From Octopus bimaculoides (Eukaryota), in assembly GCF_001194135.2 (NCBI RefSeq), contig NC_068981.1, positions 90,703,098 through 90,739,674 of the forward strand: DNA of 36,577 nucleotides, in the 5' to 3' direction. The position numbers and the translations under genes are program-made. Positions 24,104 to 34,582 of the stretch are shown piece by piece (positions within the stretch are counted from its first letter, which is position 1; each line of letters opens with the position of its first letter). The notes under the pieces are model-generated. The model worked only from the letters and a program-made list of their open reading frames with translations. It was not told where the DNA came from and made no database searches.

Positions 24104-24652
24104 ATTATTAATAAAAAACCACACAAAAACCATTTGAATTCTGAATTCTGCTTCACAGGGTTTCCTGGTCATTTTGCCATTTCTTTTGCTGGTAATATCA
24201 ACATGATGGCTTAATAACTGTATGATGTAAGTGACATTTACATGAACACATGCTCTTTGTCTTTTACAAACTATGCGTGTTAATTCAAACCTTATGCTGA
24301 ATAGCTAACACATCATATTGATATTACCAGCTTGAAAAATGGTGAAATAAATTTAATATTCCAGCCAGGAAATCCTGGGTGGCTGAAATTCACATGGTCT
24401 TTGTGTGGTTTATTATTAATATCTTTACTCTCTTAGCTGATTGAATGCACTACTACATGCTGAGATTCATATATGTGTACATGTGTGTGTGTGTAGAATA
24501 TATAGGATGGATCTGAGGGAATAATCCCAAGGCTTAAGTGTCCTAGGAAACAATGGACGCACTTGTATGGGATTTGAATCTGGGGACAAGCAAGACATAT
24601 GCATGTGTATGCATATCCATATTTATATGTCACGTTTTCTGGGGTTTCATAC

Positions 24653-24823
24653 ATCTGTTAAAAAGTCTATTTGATGAGTACTGCTATTTATATCCTCCCT
24701 GAAGAGATTGATGCACAGCTGACCATTATTCATCCTGTCGGATGTATTTTGGATGTATCCATCGGAACATGTATAGGAGATATGAAGATATGATTTAATA
24801 ACATCTTGAGCATTTGTCTCCAT
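24653..24823 (-). CDS. Candidate coding exon (METNAQDVIKSYLHISYTCSDGY...HQIDFLTD)
   Basis: AAAATGG start context, 57 open codons, and a phase-0 GAT|GTATGA donor in unique DNA. No family recognised. Confidence 0.28.
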
Positions 24824-24840
24824 TTTCTATTTATATCATC

Positions 24841-24888
<48 letters not shown>

Positions 24889-24889
24889 A

Positions 24890-26105
24890 TCATCATCATC
24901 ATCATTGTTGTTTGACATCTGCTTTCTATGCTGGCATGGGTTGGATGGTTTGACTGAGGAGTGGCAAACTAGAAAGCTGTACCAGGCTACAATCTGATCT
25001 GGCAAGGTTCCTACAGCTGGATGCCCTTCCTAACACCAATGACTCCGAGAGTGTAATGGGTGCTTTTTATGTGCCACCAGCATGAGGGCCAGTCAGGCAG
25101 TACTAGTATCGACCACGTTTGAATGGTGCTTTTTATGTGCCACCGGCACAGGATCCAATTTGACAACACTGGCACCAACCACGCTCAAATGGTGCTTTTT
25201 ACATGCCACCAGTACGGGAGCCAGTCAGGTGGCACTAGCAACGACTACACTTGAATTGTGCTTTTTACTTGCCACCAGCACGGGCACCAGTCATCGGCCA
25301 TGACAATGACTTTACTTGACTCAACAGGTCTTCGCAAGCACAGTTTATTGCCCAATGATTGAAGGGTACTGTTAAATGGGCCAGTTATGCTGCACTGGCA
25401 TAGGCCATGGTTACGGTCTCACTTGGCTTGCTGGGTCTTCTCAAGCACAGCATATCTCCAAAGGTCTCGGTTACTCGTCATCGCCTCCGTGATGCCCAAC
25501 ATTCGAAGGTCGTACTTCAGCACCTCATCCCAGGTCTTCCTGGGTCTACCTCTTCCACAGGCTCCCTCTACTGCTAGGGTGTGATGATTTTTCACACAGC
25601 TGTCCTCATCCATATGCAACACATGACCATACCAGTGCAGTCGTCTCTCTTGCACACCACATCTGATGCTTCTTATGTCCAACATTTTTCTCAGGGCACT
25701 TACACTCTGTCGTGTATGCACACTGACATTACACATCCAGCGGAGCATACTAGCTTCATTCCTTGCAAACTTATGCATGTCCTCAGCAGTCACGGCCCAT
25801 GTTTCACTGCCATGTAGCATGGCTGTTGGCACACATGAGTTATACAGTTTATCTTTCACTCTGAGTGAGAGGCCCTTTGTCACCAGCAGAGGTAGGAGCT
25901 CTCTGAACTTTGCCCAGGCTGTTCTTATTTTAACAGCTACACTCTCGGCATCCATCCCCACTACTGACTTGGTCACTTAGGTAATGGTAGCTATCAACTA
26001 CTTCTACTGGCATTTGACAGAAGCTGTTTTCTGCACATTTTCAGTGTTCATCACTCCTGAGCATTTGCCACACACAAAAACTATCTTCCCAGTTAGCCTT
26101 CCTTT
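24890..26105 (-). mobile_element. 5'-truncated RTE-clade LINE with (GAT)n tail
   Basis: Post-RT region RTAWAKFRELLPLL..LYNSCV..MLHGSETW..RRLHWYGHV..GRGRPRKTW (25419-25976), an upstream FVCGKC Cys remnant with stops, and a 3' UTR with ~60-bp internal repeats. Confidence 0.93.
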
Positions 26106-26440
26106 GATATGAATGTATGTATGTATAAATATATGTATGAATGTATGTATGTATAAATATATGTATGTATGTATGTATAAATATATGCATGAATGTATGT
26201 ATGTATAAATATATGTATAAATGTATGTATGTATAAGTATATGCATAAATGTATGTATGTATAAATGCATATATGTATGTATGAATGTTTGTATAAATAT
26301 ATGAATGTATGTATGTATAGATATATGAATGTATGTATGTATAAATATATGTATGAATGTATGTATAAATATATGTATGAATGTATAAATATATGTACGA
26401 ATGTATATGTGTATAAATGTGTGTATAAATATGTATGAAT
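26106..26440. repeat. Minisatellite (ATGTATGTATGTATAAATAT-like, 20-24 bp units)
   Basis: Directly visible. Confidence 0.9.
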
Positions 26441-26607
26441 CATCATCATCATCATCGTTTAACGTCCGCTTTCCATGCTAGCATGGGTTGGATGATTTGA
26501 CTGAGGACTGGTGAAACTGGATGGCAACACCAGGCTCCAATCTAATTTGGCAGAGTTTCTACAGCTGGATGCCCTTCCTAACGCCAACCACTCAGAGAGT
26601 GTAGTAG
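26441..26607 (-). mobile_element. RTE-type LINE 3' end with (GAT)n tail
   Basis: Nearly identical to 7512-7711. Confidence 0.88.
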
Positions 26608-26714
26608 GTGCTTTTACGTGTCACGTACCTATAAATATAATATATGTATACATATATGTGTGTGTGTATGTATCTATCTATCAACTATCATCCTTCCTTC
26701 CTTCCTTCCTTTCT

Positions 26715-27101
26715 TTCTTTCAGTCATTGGATTGCAGCCACGCTGGGGCACTGCTTTGAAAAGCTTAGTCAAGCAAATCAACCTCAGGACTTTATTAATT
26801 TTAAGTCTGGTACTTATTCTATCATCCCTCCTTTGCTAAGCTGCTAGGTTATGGGGATGTAAACAAACACCTGCTTTCAAGCAGTGGCGTGGGGGGGGGG
26901 ACACAGACGTGCAGACACACACACACACACACACACACATACATACACACACACACAAGCTTTTTTCAGTTTCCATCTATCAGATCCAATCACAAGGCTT
27001 CGGTCAGCCTGAGGCTATCATAGAAAATACCCAAGGTGCAACAGAACTCTGATGGTAGGCAAACTTCTTACCATACAACCAGTAGATATGTGTGTGTGTA
27101 T

Positions 27102-27137
<36 letters not shown>

Positions 27138-27305
27138 TCTTTTACTTGTTTCAGTTATTTGACTGTGACCATGCTGGAGCACCACCTTAAAGAGTTTTTG
27201 TTGAAGAAATTGACTCCAGGACTTATTCTTTGTAAGCCTAGCACTTATTCTATCAATCTCTTTTGCCAAACCGCTAGCTTACGGGGATGTAAAGACACCA
27301 GCATA
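26715..27305 (-). mobile_element. Two SINE family 1 remnants (~26715-27085 and ~27135-27305)
   Basis: Family-1 tails (TTTCAGTCATT..CATGCTGGAGCAC..AGGACTT) and a partial core. Confidence 0.8.
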
Positions 27306-28082
27306 AGTTGGGAAACATTGATAGGGTAGAAATATCAGAAAGAAAGGCTATTCTGAGTGGGATGGAAGAACAGCAGAAGAATTGGTTGAAGTTTTTGGTG
27401 TGATGTCTGAAAGATGAGGATATGAGGTTAGCTAGCTTTATGTTCAGAGAAGCAGATGCTTTTATGTTAGGAATGGGAAAGTTAAAGAGAATGAACTGTA
27501 CATCTATATTGCTAACAATATGTTCAATGTGATCCATTATTGATTTGCCCGACTTACAAGATAATATTGATTTCTTTAAGACTTAGATGATACAGAAGGC
27601 TAGCAATTAAATGTGATGTTTGGGTTTCATATTCATGCACTTTCATACATCCTCTAACCTACAACTACATATATATATATATAAGTATACACACATGCAT
27701 ACATTTACATATACACCATCACTCATATACACATACTTACATGTACTCTTAGACACATTCCTACATACACTTACCCACACACACTCACAGAAACACTTAC
27801 ACAACACACACAGAAACACTCTCTCACTGTCACTTATATACTCACTCACACTTTCATATGTATACTTCCTCACAAACTTCTTCATTTAAACCCGGCATGA
27901 GAGCAACTTTGATGAGAAGCTGACCACATGCGACATAGCTCATCATCTGTTTAGATGCTCTACTGAAAAAACTGCAGGTAATTTTTCATTAGGCATTCTA
28001 CATAGAAAGTCTTCGCAGGCCACAGGTCATCAATAACTGAGTTAAATACTCTAGTTTACTTACTCTCTTACATTTTACTTGC

Positions 28083-28227
28083 TTATGACAGCTCATTAAA
28101 AGTGATCAATCCAAGCCGTTCACCCTCCTCCACATCCAGCAGGTTGTTTCTCATGGGAGCAGCCACAGCTGACAAGACTGATACAAAATAGGCAGATCCT
28201 GTGGCATTGAGGGCATTAAAAGTGACC
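28083..28227 (-). CDS. Candidate terminal exon (VTFNALNATGSAYFVSVLSAVAAPMRNNLLDVEEGERLGLITFNELS*)
   Basis: GC-richer unique island with a TGTTGCTCAG| acceptor, 47 open codons and natural composition. No confident family. Confidence 0.33.
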
Positions 28228-29539
28228 CTGAGCAACAGCTGCACATCACTCACTCACGTATTTACTCACTCATTCACTTGCACATATGGTCACTCGCTCA
28301 CTCTCTCGTACATGTGATCACACACTCATTTATGCACTTACTCATGTAGTCACTCACTCATGTTCTCACCTACATGTGTGATTGGGTAAGAGCTTGAGTG
28401 ATTGAGCACTTGTGAGGGAGAATATGTGCTCATTCACTGACACACACACATGCTTGTACATATTGTCTTGCACAGACAAACACACACACACTCTTGAAAA
28501 TACATGCATACATACACTCTCTCTTTCTCCCTCCATCATATAACTCTTCTAGTTAATTTGAATTTCTGTACAGCCCTTGAAAATACCTAAGTGCTAATTT
28601 TGTTTGTAACTTACATTATAAACACGAATATATATATATAGCTTAAGTTTATCTATAGCCCCACCCCCAATTATACATTCACATAAACACAAGTGCACAC
28701 ACACATGCTCGTACAATGTACACACATACATACACATATGTACTAATACACACACATAGATATAAACATGTATATTTATAAAATTGAGTTCACAAACGTG
28801 TTGGTGTGTAATGTCTTATAGAACTTAGAATCATAAATGTGGATGTATTTATAGCTTAAATTCTAAACACTTCCCATAAATGATGAAGCTAACATTCTGT
28901 AAAATAAAAATAAACAACTAAGATATAATAAAAAAATAGTAAATAAATAAACTGTCAGAATTAGGTTACATTTTGTACAGTATTGGTGAAACTATTTTTA
29001 ATTATCAGCATACCATTTGTTATCTTTATTTTAGTGTATAATATGTTTTTATTTATTTTATTTCTATTTCTAAATTTATTTCTTTGACAGTTTGGTAATT
29101 TTTGAAAAAATGTTTTTTAGTGTTATTTGTTTTAAACTTGTACTTCCACAAAACTTTAGTGAATGTTATCTTATATGTAACTAGGGCTTCGTCCCTAGTC
29201 ATATTCTCTCCCGATAGCAAATAAAATTATTCTTTTGTTTTCCTGTTATAGTCTAAAGGAAGAATTTATAAGTTAAACAATTTTTTTAAAAAATCTAGAA
29301 TAACAGTTTGGTTTCTTTTCTTTCCTTCCCTGCAAAAGTAGATGAAAAGAAAGATAAAAATGAAAAGATGCAAACAAAGAATACTCTGTATAGTATATTA
29401 CCAACTACAGTTTAGCTCTTTGTCTAACCCTTTTGCATTTAAACTGGCTGTAACAGATAGTGAAGCTTGGTGCAGTTTTCTGCCTAACTAGCCTCTGTCA
29501 AATTGTCCATCACATGCCAGCATGGCAAACAGACATTAA

Positions 29540-29760
29540 CCCTTAAGTGTTCACATTATTCTGCCATAATTAATGCTTTTTTATCCACATTGTTTTGAAC
29601 TAATCATGCATTATCTTGTAGCTATGAGATTTTGATGAGGTAGCTGTTAATCTTTAAAATGTTATTGTAGGGTTGGTGTGAAAGACTAGATCTGGTCAGT
29701 TTCAACATAGAATAGGCAGAATACTTTTGGCCGGATATGGCTGGTTTAAATGCTAAAGGG
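29540..29760. mobile_element. TTAA-flanked MITE, same family as 17889-18104, opposite orientation
   Basis: TTAA|CCCTTAAG ... AATGCTAAAGGG|TTAA (TSD at 29536-39 and 29761-64); the interior aligns to the reverse complement of 17889-18104. Confidence 0.85.
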
Positions 29761-29769
29761 TTAAATAAC

Positions 29770-30380
29770 GATGATATCAGGCCCAAATATTTTACTTGTT
29801 TTATGTTCAAACCGGTCAGATCCAACCTCTCATACCTATTCTACAATATCATCCTAAAAATAAATGATCACATCATCAAAATCTCAATGCTACAGTTGTT
29901 GTTGTTGTTGTTGGCACTCCGTCGCTTACGACGTCGAGGGTTCCACTTGATCCGATCAACGGAACAGCCTACTCGTGAAATTAACGTGCAAGTGGCTGAG
30001 TACTCCACAGACACGTGTACCTTTAATGTAGTTCTCAGGATATTCAGCGTGACACAGTGTGTGACAAGGCTGACCCTTTGAATTATAGGTATAACAGAAA
30101 CAGGAAGTAAGAGTGAGAGAAAGTTGTGGTGAAAGAGTACAGCGGTGTTCGCCACCACACCCTGCCGGAGCCTTGTGGTGCTTTAGGTGTTTTCGCTCAA
30201 TAAACACTCACAACGCCCAGTCTGGGAATCGAAACCACGATCCTTTGACCGCGAGTCCGCTGCCCTAACCACTGGGCCATTGCGCCTCCACCTCAATGCT
30301 ACAATACAACGCATAATTAATTGAAAACAATACGAATAAATATGAATTATATTTGACAGAATAATCTGAATGCTAAAGGG
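29770..30380. mobile_element. TTAA-MITE family copy lacking its left TIR, split by a SINE
   Basis: 29770-29894 and 30292-30380 together match 17908-18104; ends AATGCTAAAGGG. Confidence 0.8.
29895..30291 (-). mobile_element. SINE family 3, full length, (CAA)n tail, 12-bp TSD
   Basis: tRNA-like head GGAGGCGCAATGGCCCAGTGGTTAGGGCAGCGGACTCGCGGTC..GGTTTCGATTCC; TSD CTCAATGCTACA at 29883-29894 and 30292-30303. Confidence 0.93.
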
Positions 30381-30692
30381 TTGGAGGTTTGAAATTAATT
30401 GTAATTTGAAGTTATAGTTACAAGTTATTTCTATAGCCAATCCTTTTTTTTTTTTTGTTAATGGTAGTGTATGAGAATTACATTTGTACCATATAGATTA
30501 CAACACTGGAATGGATGAAGGATGATATATTTTGTTGGTAGCAAAATGTATATATAAAATAATTGAGATAATTAGAGTATGTGATGAAATAATTTAGTTT
30601 TATCTAGTCAATCAAGGACAACATAACAGCAATCGTGATCTTTGCTCATCTGTCAGTCCTAAGTGGTTCATACCCAAAGGGACCTGTTCTTT

Positions 30693-30926
30693 TTTATTTC
30701 TTTATTGCCCAATAGGGGCTAAACATAGAGGGGACAAACAAGAACAGACAAAGGGATTAAGTTGATTACATCGACCCCAGTGCGCAACTGGTACTTAATT
30801 TATCGACCCCGAAAGGATGAAAGGCAAAGTCGATCTCAGCAGAATTTGAACTCAGAACGTAATGGCAGACAAAATACCGCTAAGCATTTCGCCCGGCGTG
30901 CTAACGTTTCTGCCAGCTCACCGCCT
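30693..30926 (-). mobile_element. SINE family 2, full length
   Basis: Reverse complement of the 10231-type copy; flanking CCTGTTCTTT duplication at 30683-30692 and 30924-30933. Confidence 0.92.
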
Positions 30927-31033
30927 GTTCTTTGAGGTTCTCTTGTAGGCCTTGATAATGAAATAATAGTGAATTCATTATCATAGCTGATAACTTAAAA
31001 TTAATATGCAGGGCATTAACAGGATTGTTACTC

Positions 31034-31299
31034 NNNNNNNNNNNNNNNNNNNNNNNNNNNNNNNNNNNNNNNNNNNNNNNNNNNNNNNNNNNNNNNNNNN
31101 NNNNNNNNNNNNNNNNNNNNNNNNNNNNNNNNNNNNNNNNNNNNNNNNNNNNNNNNNNNNNNNNNNNNNNNNNNNNNNNNNNNNNNNNNNNNNNNNNNNN
31201 NNNNNNNNNNNNNNNNNNNNNNNNNNNNNNNNNNNNNNNNNNNNNNNNNNNNNNNNNNNNNNNNNNNNNNNNNNNNNNNNNNNNNNNNNNNNNNNNNNN
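31034..31299. other. Assembly gap
   Basis: Run of N. Confidence 1.
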
Positions 31300-31573
31300 G
31301 TACCCTTAATGTAGTTCTTGGGGATATTCAGCGTGATCAAGTGTGACAAGGCTGACCTTTTAAATTACAGGTACAACAGAAACAGGAAGTAAGAGTGAGA
31401 GAAAGTTGTGGTGAAAGAGTACAGCAGGGTTCGCCACCATCCCCTGCCGGAGCCTCGTGGAGCTTTAGGTGTTTTCACTCAAGAAACACTCACAACGCCC
31501 AGTCTGGGAATCGAAACCGCGATCCTATGACCGCGAGTCCGCTGCCCTAACCACTGGGCCATTGCGCCTCCAC
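31300..31573 (-). mobile_element. SINE family 3, 3' end lost in gap
   Basis: Highly similar to 30015-30291. Confidence 0.9.
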
Positions 31574-31589
31574 ACTTTAAGAGGATAAT

Positions 31590-32960
31590 TTTAGATCAAA
31601 TGGAAGAAAACAGTTTTTATGTTTTTATTTGATTTATTGTTATTTTTCATACTTCAGAAAAAGACTGCAGGATGATATCATTGAATGCCTCTGTCTTCCT
31701 AACTTCCAGTGGTATATCATCAAGACATATTGCCTTCCTGCTTTTGGTTCTTTTCAGTACTTCATTAAGCTGATCAAATGTGAAATCATCAAGTCTCATA
31801 TGAAAATCATGTTTAATAATTGTTCCTAGAGGTCTCTCTGACATTGCTGGGGGATTACTAAGAAGGTTCTGGAATTGTTCCTACCACCTGTAATGCAGCA
31901 TAGTATTATCAAAAGCCAACTGAGAAAGTTGTATTCTCCCATTCTCCAAGAAGGGAAATTTAGACATGACTAAAGAATTACTTTTAAAGCATCTGCACGA
32001 AAAATATACAACAAATTATTGTTAAACTCTTCCCAACTAGAAATTGTTAAGGTCTTAAAAAAATATTTAAAAAAAAAAAATTGACTTGCTATTGAATTGA
32101 TCTTAACAGGGGAATAATTGTCTAAGTCAGAACTAAAATTCTGCAAGTAGTTTTACTGTTTGTAGACTTCTCAAAAGCTTTTGACTTTACTCATTGATGC
32201 AAATTGGAGCAAATTCTTTTTTGTGGTGTATCTCAGAAAAAAACAAAAAACAGTAGTAGCCATAATAACCATCTTCTAGAACACTGACTGCTTTGACATC
32301 GATGCTGGCATCTTGCAAGGCCATTCCCATTTATCATCTACCAGCACTACATCCTTCACACTTCAGTTGAAAATATTAAAAAAATCTTGGCTCATTTCTA
32401 ACAAAATCCACCTTCCCTTGTCTCAACTATGGCAGCAATAACAGACACTGATTATGCTGACATCATGTCAGAAGCTTCTACATGACCTTGAAAAAGTAGC
32501 AGAAGATATTGGTTTGTATGTTATTGATTCAAAAACTGAATACATCTCTTAATTAGGAGGGTGTAATCAAAGTCTATAGACTTCTTTGTGTATTTCAGAA
32601 GTAACTATGCATCCACAGAAAAGGATGAAAAAATACATCTTGTGACTATTCCTGATGGTCTCGGTATCACTGAAGTACTATTTTCTGATTGTCATTAGAG
32701 GAAACAACTTCTGTCATTGTGGAATCAATGATACTGTACAGGTCCATAATTTCAACAGGCACTAAACACTTGAAAGCAAGGCTTGCTAGCATTTTTATCT
32801 GTATGTTATAAGCCACTCTGAACATCGCATGGAAAAACCATACAACCAAACAGTGACTATAAGTTAGAAGTTGAAATACCATCAAAGTTAGACTAACTGT
32901 TGAAAGTACCATCAAAGTTAGACCAACATTGAGCTGGCATAATCTTTACTGTATTGGACA
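31590..32960 (+). mobile_element. Decayed RTE-type LINE RT region with an inverted 5' segment (31590-31890 on minus)
   Basis: Plus strand: CILPF.KKG, LLFVDFSKAFD, AGILQG, DTDYAD, DLEKVAEDIGLYV and LNIAWKNHTTK remnants. Minus strand: FQNLLSNPP..FTFDQLNEVLKRTKSRKAICLDDIPLEV. Confidence 0.8.
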
Positions 32961-32970
32961 AAATGCTTGA

Positions 32971-33588
32971 CCCTTTAGTATTCTAATTACTCTGTCAAAT
33001 GTAATGCTTTTTAATTCAAAATGTTTTGAATCTATTTTGTATCTCATAGCTTTGAGGGTTCAATGATATAATTGTTTCTTTTATTTAGTCTTTCTTTTAC
33101 TTGTTTCAGTCATTTGACTGTATCCATGCTGGAGCCCGCCTTAAAATGGCTTTTAGTTGAAGAAATCAGCCCCAGGACTTATTATTTGTAAGCCCAGTAA
33201 TTATTCTGCTGGCCTCTTTTGCCAAACTGCTAAGTTACGGGGACATAAACACACCAGTATCAGCTGCCAAGTGATGATGGGGGGTGGGGGACAAACACAC
33301 ACACACACATTAGATGGGCTTCTTTCAGTTTCCGTCTACCAAATCCACTTTCAAGGCTTTGGTTGGCCCAGGGCTATAGTAGAAGACACTTGCCCAAGGT
33401 GCTATGCAATGGGACTGAACCCAGAACCATTTTGTTGGGCAGTAAGCTTCTTATCACACACCATGGCTGCACCTGTTTATTTTTAGAATGTTAGTGTAGG
33501 TTAGGTGTGAGAGATCAGATATGGCCAGTTTGAATGTAAAAGATGTAGAATATTTGAGCAGAATTTGGCCAGTTTAAATGCTAAAGAA
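32971..33588. mobile_element. TTAA-MITE family copy, degenerate, split by a SINE
   Basis: TTGA|CCCTTTAGTATTC at 32971 and ...AAATGCTAAAGAA|TTAA at 33588; the halves resemble 29540-29760. Confidence 0.65.
33090..33474 (-). mobile_element. SINE family 1
   Basis: Tail, microsatellite, core and head all present. Confidence 0.88.
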
Positions 33589-33594
33589 TTAACA

Positions 33595-33755
33595 TTTCTT
33601 TTGGTTCTGAATTCAAACGCTGTCAAGATTGACTTTGCCTTTCATTCTTTTGGGTTTGATAATATAAGTACCAGTTGAATTTTGGGGTTGATGTAATCGA
33701 CTAGCCTCCCACCTCACCCCAAATTTCAAACCCTGTGCTTGCTATAGTAGAAAAA
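33595..33755 (+). mobile_element. SINE family 2, 5'-truncated
   Basis: GACTTTGCCTTTCATTCTTTTGGG..AAGTACCAGTTG..GATGTAATCGACTAG..AAATTTCAAACCCTGTGC. Confidence 0.75.
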
Positions 33756-33774
33756 AGTTGAAATAACTATGATG

Positions 33775-33930
33775 GAGGGAATATTTGGTCTAATGGTTAG
33801 AGGTGTTTGGTTCACGATTATAAAGCCATGAGTTCAATTCCTGGACAAGGTGATATATATCCTTGAGTAAGACATTTCATTTTTTCCCATAGTACCAGTC
33901 AACTTAGCTGTAAATAAGCACCAACCAGGT
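33775..33930 (+). mobile_element. SINE family 4, degenerate tRNA-headed SINE
   Basis: A-box TGGTCTAATGGTTAG, B-box GAGTTCAATTCC, then CCTTGAGTAAGACA. Confidence 0.55.
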
Positions 33931-34582
33931 TGCTGATGCATCTCTCCCACCCCCTCTCTCTGTCATTCATTCATTTTGGATGTTCTGTTGGGTTGAGTAG
34001 GTGGACCAAGAAGGTGACTACATCTGTTCTTTACAGTTTAGGCACCTAAAATAATTCATGAAAACATAGTACTTGTTACCAAGCCACTGTTGCTTAGGAG
34101 TGACAGCTGTTTGTACTTGTATGTGGGGAGTGGGAGTAGGATTAGATTAGTTGGGGTCAATTAAATATATATAAGAATTTAGAATAAATATTATTTGTGA
34201 GGAGTAATGCAGTCATTATGGAGGTTTGTCTTTTAAAAATAAGTATGGCAGTATTCTTAGTTATATATCTTAGCATGTAGAGCCATAGTGATTGTTTTTC
34301 ATTTAAAACATATTTTACTAACCAAGATTCTTTGCCATTTAAGGGTCATATGAGGCTTAACTTGACATATTTTCTTTCGAATGATATGTATTGCTTGTGG
34401 TATTGGAATAAGTAAAATAAAAAATAAGATAGATATATTGATGTTAAATTGACTGAATGGTTGCTTAGTGATGGTGTTTTATAAATCCAGGTCAGGTTTG
34501 ATGAAGCTGACTTGTGATAAAACATATTCCAGTTGAGATTATTCTCTGATTTTTCTCAAACATAATATACCTAGGACTACAG

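Noticed and set aside
27305-27540. Purine-rich frame KLGNIDRVEISERKAILSGMEEQQKNWLKFLV*CLKD...
   Set aside because: It has an internal stop and is possibly an old LINE remnant, but no diagnostic motif is present.
3221-27885. Many long ORFs rich in YI/HT/CV/X (e.g. 3240-3929, 5527-6098, 13862-14939, 19513-20102, 26004-26455)
   Set aside because: They are translations of microsatellites or N-gaps, not proteins.
29180-29199. Perfect hairpin ACTAGGG-CTTCGT-CCCTAGT (Helitron-like end?)
   Set aside because: It is a single 7-bp stem with no matching 5' end or second copy.
30215-30291. tRNA-like sequence (also 31500-31573 and other SINE heads)
   Set aside because: It continues into a SINE body with a (CAA)n tail and TSD, and has no proper acceptor stem.
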